41,540 nt of DNA from Gaiellales bacterium. Lineage in GTDB: Bacteria; Actinomycetota; Thermoleophilia; Gaiellales; JAICJC01. A model generated the notes under the pieces. The model searched no databases, was not told where the DNA came from, and saw only the letters and a program-made list of their open reading frames with translations. The stretch lies in NCBI GenBank assembly GCA_035537835.1, contig DATLLN010000118.1, forward strand, positions 1-41,540. The letters are read 5' to 3'. The translations under genes and the position numbers were made by a program. This document shows positions 1-10,393 of this stretch, piece after piece. The number at the start of each line of letters is the position of its first letter. The first letter of the stretch is position 1.

Positions 1-31
1 ACGGCCGGCGGGTACGCGCTGTGGCGGACGG

Positions 32-2051
32 TCATCCGGGAAGACGATCCAGGTCGCCGACCGATCGAAGCGCCGCGGCCACGTTGAACACGAGCTTCAG
101 CCGGTTCGCGCGCACCGCCGGGTCGGGATCCATCACCAGCACCTGCTCGAAGAAATCGTTGACCGGCCCGACCAGATCGGCCGCCGTGGCCAGCGCGCAC
201 GGGTAGTCACGGCGCGCCACGCAGTCGGCGAGCGACTCGTCCGCCGCCCGCAGCCCCGCCAGCAACTGGTGCTCGGCCGGGTCGCTGAGCAGCAGCTCGT
301 CGAAGTTCACCGCCAGCTCGTCCTCGGACTTCGTCACGATTCGCGTGCATCGGCCGTACGCGTCGCGCAGCGACTCCAGCCGGGGCGAACCGCGGTCGTC
401 CCGCAGCGCCCGGGCGAGCGCCGCCAGCGGCACCGGCGCGACGTGGCCGGCGCCCCGCGCCGCGCGCACCTCCTCCACCGTGACGCCCTCCGCCAGCAGC
501 ACCGGCTCCACCCGGTCGAGGATGAACTCGACGGCGTCCGGCACCGCCTCCAGCGGCTTGCGCTTGAGCTCCAGCCCCTGGCGCACGAGGGCCGCCACCG
601 ACATCCCCAGCAGATCCGGGAGGCCGAGTTCGTAGCCCCGCTCCAGCACGATAGCCACCGCGCCGGCCGCGGCGCGCCGCAGCCCGTACGGATCCCGGCT
701 GCCCGTCGGCTGATGCCCGAGGGCGAAGGCGACCGCGATCGTGTCCACCTTGTCGGCGACCGAGAGCAGCGCGCCCGCCTCGCCCGGCGGCAGCGCGCCG
801 CCGGCGTCCACCGGCATGTAGTGCTCCTCGACCGCGGCGCACACCGGCTCCGGCTCGCCCGCCTGCCGCGCATACACCGATCCGGCGTAGCCCTGCAGGT
901 CGGAGAACTCCGAGACCAGGCGCGACACGAGGTCGGCCTTGCACAGCTCCGCCGCCCGCAGCACGGCCATCCGCACGTCCTCGCCGGCCTCGTTGCGGTC
1001 GCACAGCGGCTCCGCCAGCTCGCCGACGCGCGCGGTCTTGTCCGCCAGCGAGCCGCCGCCCTCCAGGAAGCTGACCCGGCCCAGCTCGGCCAGCATCGCT
1101 TCGATGCCGCGGTCGAGGTCACGCTCGTACGCGAACGACGCGTCCTCCAGCCGCCCGACCAGCACCTCCTCGTTCCCGCCAATCACGATCTCCGGCTTCA
1201 GCGCGCCGTTGGCCACGAACAGGAACCGCGGCGCCAGGCCGCCTTCCTCACCGGCCACCGGGAAATACCGCTGGTGCGACTGCATGGCGGTGATCGGGAC
1301 GCGCGGCGGCAGCAGCAGGTAGCGCTCGTCGAACGACCCCTCGAGCACCACCGGCCACTCGACCAGGTACGTCACCTCGTCGAGCTTGCCCATCGGGTCG
1401 ATCCACTCGCCGCCCTGGTCGAGTCCCTCGGTGATCAGCTCCCGCCGCTCGGCGGCGTCGGCGACGACGCGCACGCCGCGGACGTCCTCCAGGTAGCTGG
1501 ATGCCGAGCCGATCCGGGCCTCGCCGCCCAGGAACCGGTGTCCGCGGGACTCCCCGCCTGACCGCAGGCCGAACAGCTCGACGTCGACGAGCTGCTCGTC
1601 GAGCTTGCAGACCAGCCAGCGCACCGGCCGGGAGAACCGCCCGCCGTCCCAGCGCATCGTCTTCGAGAACTGGATGCGGCCGACCACTGCCGGGACGACC
1701 TCCCGCAACAGCTCGGCGGCCGGGGTGGCCGGCTCCTCCATGGTCGCCCACAGGAAGCCGTCCCGCTCGTCCAGCGCGCCCGGCGCCACCCCGTGCTTGC
1801 GTGCGAACCCGGCCCGCGCCTGCTCGGGGGCGTCGACCTTCGGCCCCCGCTGCTCACGGCGCACGGCCGGCCGCTCGGCGGGTACGCCCAGCGCACGCAC
1901 GACCAGCCGCCGCGGCGCCACGTGGACGTGGATCTCGGCCGCCTCCAGTCCGGCGTCAGCGAGCGCCTTCGCCGCCAGCTGCGCCAGCTGCGACTCCGCC
2001 TCGCGGCAGGCGATGGCGGGAAGCTCCTCGCAGCCGACCTCGAGCAGCAGG

Positions 2052-2068
<17 letters not shown>
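32..2068 (-). CDS. glyS: Glycine--tRNA ligase beta subunit
   Basis: The 678-aa ORF has a GlyS-type N-terminus ([15 protein letters not shown]). It lies directly downstream of glyQ with a 17-nt overlap. The start codon at 2068-2066 is GTG. Confidence 0.92.
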
Positions 2069-2900
<832 letters not shown>

Positions 2901-2914
2901 GAGGGCGGAAGCTA

Positions 2915-3649
2915 TCACCGCGTGTGCAGCGTCCGCAGCCGGAAGCCGCCGTGCTCCTCGTAGGTCGTCTCGACGATCCGCAGGGCGTCCCGCGCGGCCC
3001 TGCCCTCGACCGTGGCGCCGCCGAGCGGCGCGTCGAGCAGCCGCTCCACCGCGTCGGCGGAGCCGTCGCCCAGCCGGAAACCGGCAGCCCGTCCGAGGCA
3101 CGCTTCGCACACCGCGCCGCCGGCCGACGGCGAGAACCCGACCAGCGGCCCGGGGCTGCCGCACGACGCGCAGGAGTCCAGGTGCGGCAGGTAGCCGGCG
3201 ACCGCCAGCAGCTTGAGCTGGAACGCCAGCCCGAGAGGATCGAGCGTCGGGTCGCCGTCGCCGGACCACCCGTCCAGCACGTCGAGGAAGCGCGCCAGCC
3301 CGGCGAACGCCCGCTGGTTCGGCTCAGGCTCGACGAACAGCTTGAGGACGGCTTCGGCGCCGATCAGCCCGACCGCCACCCGGTGCGGGTCGCCGCGGAC
3401 CGCGTCGTGGGCGTGGACGATGTCCGCACCCGTCACCGTGTGCAGCTCGCCCCGCCCCTCGTGGAGCATCAGCGCGGCGTGGGTCAGCGGCTCCAGGCGC
3501 GCGCCGAACCGCGACGCGGTCTTGCGCACGCCCTTGGCGATCGCGTTCACGCGCCCGCGCTCGGCGGTGTAGAGGTGGAGCACCCGGTCGGCCTCGGCGT
3601 ACCGGATCGACCGCAGCACCACGGCCTCGGTCTTGTAGCTACGCGCCAT
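2915..3649 (-). CDS. recO: DNA repair protein RecO
   Basis: The 244-aa product has a RecO-like N-terminal OB fold ([26 protein letters not shown]) and a C-terminal Cys cluster (CASCGS...CEAC). The recO-glyQ-glyS order is conserved. Confidence 0.88.
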   Translation of the reverse strand: MARSYKTEAVVLRSIRYAEADRVLHLYTAERGRVNAIAKGVRKTASRFGARLEPLTHAALMLHEGRGELHTVTGADIVHAHDAVRGDPHRVAVGLIGAEAVLKLFVEPEPNQRAFAGLARFLDVLDGWSGDGDPTLDPLGLAFQLKLLAVAGYLPHLDSCASCGSPGPLVGFSPSAGGAVCEACLGRAAGFRLGDGSADAVERLLDAPLGGATVEGRAARDALRIVETTYEEHGGFRLRTLHTR

Positions 3650-4178
3650 CCATCCAGGGTGGGCCGAGCGCGGCGATCTCGGCGTACACCGGGCAGGTCG
3701 GGACGTGCGCGCCGGGCAGGTAGCCGGTGGACATCAAGAACTCGCCCGTGATCTCGCCGCCGGTGAAGCGGAAGGTGCGTTTGAACAGCTTCACCCAGTC
3801 GTCCTTCGGCAGCGGGTGGCGGGCGTCCAGCCAGCCCGCGAGCCCGCCGTCCGACTCACGCATCTCGAGCACCACCGCGGCGTTGGCGATCGCCGCGTCG
3901 ATCTTCAGCCGGTTGCGGATGATCCCGGGATCTGCCAGCAGCCGCTCGCGGTCGGCCTCGCCGTAGGCGGCCACGCGCTCGGGGTCGAAGCCGTCGAACG
4001 CGGCGCGGAACGCCTCCCGCTTCTTGAGCACGGTCAGCCACGAGAGGCCGGCCTGGTTGACCTCCAGCATCAGCCGCTCGAACAGCGAGTGCTCATCGCT
4101 GATCGGGAACCCGTACTCGGTGGCGTGGTACGGGCCGTGCCAGGGATCGCCGGGCGCGAAGTCGCAGTACGTGCTCAT
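3639..4178 (-). CDS. tag: DNA-3-methyladenine glycosylase I
   Basis: The product matches E. coli Tag (HATEYGFP, EVNQAGLSWLTVLKKREAFRAAFDGFDP, GIIRNRLKI). I set the start at the ATG at 4178 (MSTYCDF). The upstream part of the ORF is Arg-rich shadow sequence. Confidence 0.87.
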   Translation of the reverse strand: MSTYCDFAPGDPWHGPYHATEYGFPISDEHSLFERLMLEVNQAGLSWLTVLKKREAFRAAFDGFDPERVAAYGEADRERLLADPGIIRNRLKIDAAIANAAVVLEMRESDGGLAGWLDARHPLPKDDWVKLFKRTFRFTGGEITGEFLMSTGYLPGAHVPTCPVYAEIAALGPPWMDGA

Positions 4179-4633
4179 CCCTCGCCGATGTCCGCCAGCT
4201 CGACGCCGTCGATCGCCGCCAGCAGGTCGTCCAGCGGCGTGCCGAACAGCGCGTTGGGCGTCCCCGCCGCACACCACACGACGTCGAACCGGGTCAGCGA
4301 GCGATCGGCCAGCGTCCGCACCTTGCGGTCGTGACCGAGCGGCGGCACGCCGCCGATCGCGTAGCCGGTGACGTCGCGCACCTCGTTGGCCTTCGCCATC
4401 CGCACGCCGTCGCCCAGCCGGCCGACCGCCACCCGGCGGTCGCCGGCGCAGAGGCACAGCAGCGGGTCGTCGCCGTCCATCAGGATCACCGACTTGACGA
4501 TCTGCCCCAGCTCGCAGCCCACGGCGTCCGCGGCCTCCACGGCCGTGCGCGTCGACTCCGACAGCTCGCGCACGTCGACCGCGAGGCCGGCCTCGCGGGC
4601 GCGGTCGCGGAATCTCAGGGCCGTGGGGTGCAT
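4175..4633 (-). CDS. YbaK/ProX-type aminoacyl-tRNA deacylase domain protein
   Basis: The 152-aa product from the ATG at 4633 has YbaK-like motifs (KSVILM, GYAIGGVPPLGH). Its stop forms an ATGA overlap with the tag start. Confidence 0.72.
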   Translation of the reverse strand: MHPTALRFRDRAREAGLAVDVRELSESTRTAVEAADAVGCELGQIVKSVILMDGDDPLLCLCAGDRRVAVGRLGDGVRMAKANEVRDVTGYAIGGVPPLGHDRKVRTLADRSLTRFDVVWCAAGTPNALFGTPLDDLLAAIDGVELADIGEG

Positions 4634-5439
4634 CTCGGGCAGTAGTGGGTGCCTCGCTGGGCGACGCGGACCTTGCGGATCGGGCCGCCGCATCGTAGAC
4701 ACGGCTCGCCCTCGCGATCGTAGACGGCGAACCGCTCCTGCATCGACCCCGGCTCGCCGTCCACGCTGCGGTACGTGTCGATGCTGGCGCCCTGGTGCTC
4801 GATCCCGCGTTCGAGCACGGTGATCACCGCGTCGTGCAGTCGGCCGGCGCGTACAGCCCCGATCGCCGCACCCGGGGTCAGCGGGTGGATGCGCGCGATC
4901 CACAGCGCCTCGTCCGCGTAGATGTTGCCGACTCCGGCGACAACCTTCTGGTCGAGCACCAGCGCCTTGACGGGCGCCAGCCGGCGCCGCATCGCGGCGC
5001 GCAGCATCGCCGACGTCCAGGCTCCGTCCAGCGGCTCCGGGCCGACGCGTCCGCGCCAGTACTCCTCCAGTCCCCCGGCCTCGATCAGCCGCATCGTGCC
5101 GAACCTGCGCTGATCCGAGTAGACCACCCAGCTGCCGTCGTCCAGGCCGAACACGGCGCGCAGGTGGGGCCGCTCGACCAGCTCGGGCACGTGGTGGTAC
5201 CAGCCGGTCATACGCAGATGGCTGACCAGCGTGCGGCCGTCGTCGAGCTCGATCGTCAGGTACTTGCCGCGGCGCCCCACCCCGGTGACGACCGCGCCCA
5301 GCAGGTCGTGCGCCACCGCATCGGGATCGGCCGGCGCCGTCAGCCTGCCGTCGCGGATCTCGACGGCGGTCAGCTCGTGGCCGGCCAGCACCGGCACCAG
5401 TCCGCGGCGGACGGTCTCGACCTCGGGCAGCTCAGGCAT
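4615..5439 (-). CDS. mutM: Formamidopyrimidine-DNA glycosylase
   Basis: The catalytic N-terminus MPELPEVETVRRGL is present, with a C-terminal zinc finger (CLRCGGPIRKVRVAQRGTHYCPRC). The start was trimmed to the ATG at 5439. Confidence 0.92.
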   Translation of the reverse strand: MPELPEVETVRRGLVPVLAGHELTAVEIRDGRLTAPADPDAVAHDLLGAVVTGVGRRGKYLTIELDDGRTLVSHLRMTGWYHHVPELVERPHLRAVFGLDDGSWVVYSDQRRFGTMRLIEAGGLEEYWRGRVGPEPLDGAWTSAMLRAAMRRRLAPVKALVLDQKVVAGVGNIYADEALWIARIHPLTPGAAIGAVRAGRLHDAVITVLERGIEHQGASIDTYRSVDGEPGSMQERFAVYDREGEPCLRCGGPIRKVRVAQRGTHYCPRCTPRP

Positions 5440-6631
5440 CGTCCTCGAAGCTGAAGCAGCCGACCACGAACCGCTCCTTGACGGGCCCGCGGGAGTGAAC
5501 GGTCGCCAGCACGTCGCCGACATCGACCCGGTCGCCCGCCTTGCGGTGCACGACGAGGCCGACCGCGTGGTCGACTTCCGCGCCCTTGACCTGGCGGCCG
5601 GCGCCGAGCCGCATCGCCAGGTCGGCGACACGATAGGCGTGGCAGCGGCGGACGGTGGTCGCCCGGGGAGCTCTGACGTCGACGACCAGCGGTGCGCAGG
5701 GCAGCGGCGCGTCGGGGTCGCCGCCCTGGGCGCGCACCCAGCTGCGGTAAGTCTCGTACGCGCTCCCGTCGTCCAGCGCCAGCTCGACGGCGCCGCGGTC
5801 GCCGGTCAGCACTGCGGCCTCCTCCACCGCCAGCGCGCGCAGGTCGGGTGGCCCGCCGCCCCGCAGCGTCTCCACGGCCTCGGCGACCTCCAGCGCGTTG
5901 CCGACGGCGTGGCCGAGCGGCTCGTCCATCGCGGACACCAGCGCCGTCGTCTCGATCCCGTGCGAGTCCCCCAGCCGAGCCATCAGTGCGCCCAGCTCCT
6001 CGGCGCGGCGGCGGTCGGGCATGAACGCTCCCTCGCCGGCCTTGACATCCAGCACCAGCCGGCTGGCGCCCGACGCGATCTTCTTGGACATCACGCTGGT
6101 CGCGATCAGCGGCAGGCTGTGAGTGGTCGCGGTCATGTCGCGGAGCGCGTAGAGGCGGGCATCGGCCGGTGCGAGGTCAGCGGTCTGGCCACAGACGGCC
6201 ACGCCGACCCGCTCGACCTGCTCCCGCATCTCGTCCACCGACAGAGATGTCCGAAACCCGGAGATCGACTCCAGCTTGTCGAGTGTGCCGCCGGTATGCC
6301 CAAGTCCGCGGCCGCTCATCTTGGCCATCCGGCCGCCGCACGCGGCGACCAGCGGCGCCACCACCAGCGTCGCCTTGTCGCCAACCCCGCCGGTCGAGTG
6401 CTTGTCGGCCACCGGCCATGGCCACGTCAGCCGTGTGCCGGAGGCGATCATGGCGTCCAACAGCGCCTCTGTCTCACGCTCGGTCATGCCGTGCCAGACC
6501 ACGGCCATCAGGAACGCGGCCAGCTGCTCGTCGCTCACGACCGGTGAGAGCAAGAAGAACAGGTCATCGCGTTCGAGCTCCCCGCCATCCCGCTTGGCCG
6601 CGATCAGCGGCACAGCCCGCCGGTCAGACAA
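5432..6631 (-). CDS. deoA: Thymidine / pyrimidine-nucleoside phosphorylase
   Basis: Family motifs are present (KRDGGEL, DKHSTGGVGDK, MSGRGLGHTGGTLDKLESI). The start is TTG at 6631, with an alternative GTG at 6613. The gene overlaps deoB by 8 nt. Confidence 0.87.
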   Translation of the reverse strand: MSDRRAVPLIAAKRDGGELERDDLFFLLSPVVSDEQLAAFLMAVVWHGMTERETEALLDAMIASGTRLTWPWPVADKHSTGGVGDKATLVVAPLVAACGGRMAKMSGRGLGHTGGTLDKLESISGFRTSLSVDEMREQVERVGVAVCGQTADLAPADARLYALRDMTATTHSLPLIATSVMSKKIASGASRLVLDVKAGEGAFMPDRRRAEELGALMARLGDSHGIETTALVSAMDEPLGHAVGNALEVAEAVETLRGGGPPDLRALAVEEAAVLTGDRGAVELALDDGSAYETYRSWVRAQGGDPDAPLPCAPLVVDVRAPRATTVRRCHAYRVADLAMRLGAGRQVKGAEVDHAVGLVVHRKAGDRVDVGDVLATVHSRGPVKERFVVGCFSFEDDA

Positions 6632-7787
6632 CCGGCACCCCGGGCAGCTCCGAGTCGCGCAGCCCGGCCACGTGTTGGAGCACGGTCGCGCCGACGTCCG
6701 CGAACGAGTCCCCGTCGTGCCGGCGGCCCATCGACGGCAGGCCGACGATGTGCGCCAGCAGCAGCCCGTACTCGCGCGAGTGGTCGGTCGACGGCGTGGT
6801 CGGGTCGCAGCCGTGGTCGGAGGTGAGGATCAGCAGGTCGCCGTGCCAGAGCGCCGAGAGCAGCCGCGGCAGCTCCTCGTCGAACTCCGCGAGGCAGTCG
6901 GCGAAGCCCCGCGGGTCGTTGCGATGCCCCCAGACCATGTCGGTCTCGACCAGGTTGACGAAGATGAAGCTGCGGTCGGGCAGATCGCGCAGCCGCTCGA
7001 TTGTGCGGGCGACGCCCTGCACGTTCGACTCCGTCGGCGCCGAGCTGTCCAGCCCCCTGCCGGCGAAGATGTCGCCAATCTTGCCGACGCCGTGGGTGCC
7101 AACGCCCACGTCGCGGAGCCGGTCGAGGTAGTTCGGGCTGGGCGGATCGAGCGAGAAGTCGTGGCGTCTGGGCGTTCGCCGGTAGTCACCGGACTCGCCC
7201 TCGAACGGCCGGGCGATCACCCTGCCCACGGCGTTCGCGCCCTGCAGCTGCCGGCGGGCGGTGCGGCAGGCCGCGTACAGCTCGTCGACAGGGACGACGT
7301 CCTCGTGCGCGGCGATCTGGAACACGCTGTCGGCCGACGTGTAGACGATCCAGCTGCCAGTCCGGCGATGCTCGTCGCCCAGCTCCTGGATGATCTCGGT
7401 GCCGGAGGCGGCCACGTTCCCGAGCACGCCGCGGCCGGTCGCCGCCGAGAAGGCGTCGATCACATCGTTCGGGAAGCCGTCCGGGAACGTCGGAAACGGG
7501 CGGTCGAGGACGATGCCCATCATCTCCCAGTGCCCGGTCGTGGTGTCCATTCCGGCACTGCGCTCGGCCAGGCGGCCCCACACGGACGGAGCTCCCGGAC
7601 GCGGCGGGCAGCCCACGAGCGGCAGGATGTTGCCAAGCCCCAGCGATTGCAGGTTCGGCAGGTCGAGCCCGCCCACCGCCTCGGCGACGTGGGCCAGGGT
7701 GTTCGAGCCAGAGGTGCCGAACACGTCGGCGTCCGGCAGGTCGCCGGCGCCGACCGCGTCGAGCACGATCACGCACGCCCGGGGCAT
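6624..7787 (-). CDS. deoB: Phosphopentomutase
   Basis: The 387-aa product has DeoB motifs (VIVLDAVGAGDLPDA, GHWEMMG, FVNLVETDMVWGHRND, LILTSDHGCDPT). Confidence 0.9.
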   Translation of the reverse strand: MPRACVIVLDAVGAGDLPDADVFGTSGSNTLAHVAEAVGGLDLPNLQSLGLGNILPLVGCPPRPGAPSVWGRLAERSAGMDTTTGHWEMMGIVLDRPFPTFPDGFPNDVIDAFSAATGRGVLGNVAASGTEIIQELGDEHRRTGSWIVYTSADSVFQIAAHEDVVPVDELYAACRTARRQLQGANAVGRVIARPFEGESGDYRRTPRRHDFSLDPPSPNYLDRLRDVGVGTHGVGKIGDIFAGRGLDSSAPTESNVQGVARTIERLRDLPDRSFIFVNLVETDMVWGHRNDPRGFADCLAEFDEELPRLLSALWHGDLLILTSDHGCDPTTPSTDHSREYGLLLAHIVGLPSMGRRHDGDSFADVGATVLQHVAGLRDSELPGVPVV

Positions 7788-7796
7788 GCGGGAAAC

Positions 7797-9533
7797 CTAC
7801 CGGCCGGGTGCGGGCCTGCGGCCGGACCGCGGCAGGTCGGCCTGCGGGCCGGCGGCCGGGACTCGCGCCTGCGCGCCCGTGGCAGGCGGCGGAGCCGGCG
7901 GGCCGATGAACAGGAAGCCGTCGATGTCGATGCGCGGCCGTCCCGGAGTGCCGACCGGGCGGATCGTGATCCGGTGCTCCCCTGTCCTCACGAACGCATG
8001 ACGGAATACGACGACGCGCGGCGTCGTGGTCTTCGCGTACTCGCTGATGGTGGTCACGTAGTGCCCGTCGACGCTTATCCGCGCGGCGCCGCGTCCGGCG
8101 CTCTTCGGCGCGAACAGCGCGATCTCACGGCCGGTGAAGCTGAACGTCGCGGTCGCCTTCGGGTTGCCGGAGTAGCGCGTGTGGCCGCCGCGCGCGGTCG
8201 CGGAGTTGCCGGTCTGCCAGCCGCCCGCGTACCGGGCGCCGGTCTCCGGCGCGGCGTGCGTCGAGAACCCCGGCCCTGCCGCCGCCGCGCCGATGTTGCC
8301 GGGGCAGTCGCGCGGCGTCATCCGGAAGCGCAGCCGTGAGAACCCGGGGTACTGGGTGAAGCGCAGCGACTTGATGGTCGGCCACGGCATCACCACCGGT
8401 GTGTACGTGACCCCGGCATCCGTGGTGACCAGCATCGTCTGGTCGCGGATGTCGGTCAGCGCGTCGGAGTCGGCCCAGGACACCACGAACGGGACGTTGG
8501 TCAGCGGCACCTGGCCCGTCGGCACATGGCCGGTCGGCGGCGTGGTCGTCACCGGCGGGTCGTGGTCGACCGGGATGCTGCTCCACCGCAGGAACTCGTG
8601 GCTGCCCAGCAGGGTCGAGCCGTTGGCGCCGCCGAATGCCGCCATCCCCCACGTCGATGCGATCGCGGGCGCCCAGCTCCGGCCCTGCGACATCGGCGCC
8701 GTGCAGCGCCAGCCTTCGACCGACGGGTTGTAGGCGTCGACGCGCCGCAGGTCGCGCAGGCCGTCCCACCCGCCGATCACGTACATCGTGCCGTCGGGGC
8801 CGGTGACGGCCGAGGTCAGCTCGTGCGGCGAGGGCATCGGCGGCAGCTCGCTCCAGCCGGCCGCCAGGTTGTCGGGATCGAGCGAGAACGCCTCGCGCCG
8901 AGCTCCGGAGTCGTAGCCGCCGAACGCGTAGATGCGTCCGTCCCCGCCCAGCGTCGCGCCCAGCTCGGAGCGCGGCGACGGCAGCGGCGGGCCGCTCGAC
9001 CACGTGTCGGTGGCGATGTCGTAGATCTGGACGGTTACGGTGGGCGAATAGCGGCCGGCGGCATAAACCGCGCCGCCGATCGCGAAGATCCGGCCGTCCG
9101 GCGTGGCGACGGCCGCCAGGTCGGTACGCGGGCTGGGCATCGAGGCCTGCTGGCGGTACAGCCCTCCCCAGCTGTACACGCTCGGATTGATGACCTTCTT
9201 CAGCGTCTCCCCGCCCATCACGTAGATCCGCCCGTCGGAGCCGGTCGTGACGGCCAGCCCTCCGCGCGCGTTCCCGGGCAGCTCGTTGCCGCGCAGCCAC
9301 GCGATTGCGCCGGGGTTGTCGCCCCCGATGAAGACGGAGCGCAGGCCGGCGTACGTCCTGTTGCGGTCGAACCCGAAGCCGCCCGCCAGCACGACGCGAT
9401 CGCGGAAGATGGCCGTGCCGCCGCCCCACTGGTAGTAGGGCATGTCTGCGGTGCTCGTCCAGCTGTTCGCCGAGGCGGCGGCCGGTGCGATCACCGCCAG
9501 CATCACGACGACCAGTGTGAGTGCCCACTTCAC
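7797..9533 (-). CDS. Secreted Kelch-repeat protein with C-terminal beta-sandwich-like domain
   Basis: The gene starts with GTG and encodes a signal peptide (KWALTLVVVMLAVIAPAAASA/NS). It carries repeated Kelch signatures (RIYVMGG, RIFAIGGA, RIYAFGGYD, MYVIGGWDG, each followed by W). A Pro/Thr linker and a roughly 230-aa C-terminal domain of unknown function follow. Confidence 0.75.
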   Translation of the reverse strand: MKWALTLVVVMLAVIAPAAASANSWTSTADMPYYQWGGGTAIFRDRVVLAGGFGFDRNRTYAGLRSVFIGGDNPGAIAWLRGNELPGNARGGLAVTTGSDGRIYVMGGETLKKVINPSVYSWGGLYRQQASMPSPRTDLAAVATPDGRIFAIGGAVYAAGRYSPTVTVQIYDIATDTWSSGPPLPSPRSELGATLGGDGRIYAFGGYDSGARREAFSLDPDNLAAGWSELPPMPSPHELTSAVTGPDGTMYVIGGWDGLRDLRRVDAYNPSVEGWRCTAPMSQGRSWAPAIASTWGMAAFGGANGSTLLGSHEFLRWSSIPVDHDPPVTTTPPTGHVPTGQVPLTNVPFVVSWADSDALTDIRDQTMLVTTDAGVTYTPVVMPWPTIKSLRFTQYPGFSRLRFRMTPRDCPGNIGAAAAGPGFSTHAAPETGARYAGGWQTGNSATARGGHTRYSGNPKATATFSFTGREIALFAPKSAGRGAARISVDGHYVTTISEYAKTTTPRVVVFRHAFVRTGEHRITIRPVGTPGRPRIDIDGFLFIGPPAPPPATGAQARVPAAGPQADLPRSGRRPAPGR

Positions 9534-9565
9534 CGGCGGGATTCAACCGGTATGCCGGAGCGGCG

Positions 9566-10393
9566 TCAAGCGCCGAGGGTGCGCGTCATCTCCCACTGGC
9601 GGTGCGGATCGAGCACCCCGCCGGCCGCTTCCAGAAACCCGTGCGCGGTGTCCCACTCCTCGGGCACGAGCGCCGGGATCGCGATCGTCTCGGCGCCCAG
9701 CCCGGCCAGCGCGCAGGTGGCGACGCCGCGGCCGCGCCGGGCCGGGTCGACCGCCAGCGCGTAGAGCCAGAACCGGCTGCCCCGCCGGCGGCCGAACACC
9801 ACCGCTTCGCCGGCCAGCGTGAACGCGGGCAAGCGCTCCAGCGAGGCCGGCAGGAGCTGCCACGGCGGATCGCACCAGCCCCAGGCCTCGAGCAGTCGGG
9901 CAGCCTCGGCCCCCGGCAGCGGGCCGAGCCCGCCGCGCATGCGTGCCCGCAGCCCAACGCGGGGCGGATCGAGCTCGTATCCCAGCAGCAGCCGCCGCCG
10001 GCGGAAGCCGTGGCGGTCATACAGCGCCAGCGCGGCGTCGTTCCCGTCGAGTACCTCCAGCGAGAGGTCGCGCGCGCCGGCGGCCGTTGCCGCCTCGACG
10101 GTGGCGTCGAGCACCTCCGCCCCCAGCCCACGACGGCGGTACGCGGGATCGGTGCCCTCGCCGCGGACGCTCGCCCGGCCGCCGCGCAGCGCGCCCAGGC
10201 AGAAGCTGGCCGGGTGGCCGTCGACGAACGCGGCGAACGACAGGTCGTGGCGGACGCCGGTCTCGACCATGTACGTGGCCAGGGCGGCGGCGTCCAGCCG
10301 CGCGGGCAGCGCGTAGTCCGAGAACGCCCGGTTGTGCAGGTCTGCGAGCCAGCTCTCGTCGCCCGGCTCGAGCGGACGGAGCTGCGCGGTCAA
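9566..10393 (-). CDS. GNAT family N-acetyltransferase (two-lobed)
   Basis: An acetyl-CoA loop is present (YRRRGLGAEVLDA) and a second degenerate copy (ARRGRGVATCAL). The only available start is TTG at 10393, which forms a TTGA overlap with the xerD stop. Confidence 0.68.
   Translation of the reverse strand: MTAQLRPLEPGDESWLADLHNRAFSDYALPARLDAAALATYMVETGVRHDLSFAAFVDGHPASFCLGALRGGRASVRGEGTDPAYRRRGLGAEVLDATVEAATAAGARDLSLEVLDGNDAALALYDRHGFRRRRLLLGYELDPPRVGLRARMRGGLGPLPGAEAARLLEAWGWCDPPWQLLPASLERLPAFTLAGEAVVFGRRRGSRFWLYALAVDPARRGRGVATCALAGLGAETIAIPALVPEEWDTAHGFLEAAGGVLDPHRQWEMTRTLGA

Noticed and set aside
2901-2914. A glycine T-box leader upstream of glyQS.
   Set aside because: Only 14 nt separate recO from glyQ, which leaves no room for a roughly 200-nt T-box. 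glyQS appears to be co-transcribed with recO.
6276-8339. Long ORFs antisense to well-supported genes. Examples are 6276-8339 (+, 687 aa), 25333-27915 (+, 860 aa), 27812-29932 (+, 706 aa), 16035-17777 (+), 19559-21325 (-), 36860-38788 (-) and 13518-14735 (+).
   Set aside because: These are typical high-GC shadow ORFs. Their products are Arg/Ala/Gly/Pro-rich low-complexity sequence with no recognisable motifs. Each lies opposite a gene with strong family signatures.
8506-8535. A 15-nt x2 tandem repeat inside the Kelch gene (ggcacctggcccgtc / ggcacatggccggtc).
   Set aside because: It encodes a short duplicated PTG(H/Q)VP linker segment between domains. Two copies are too few to suggest contingency or phase variation.
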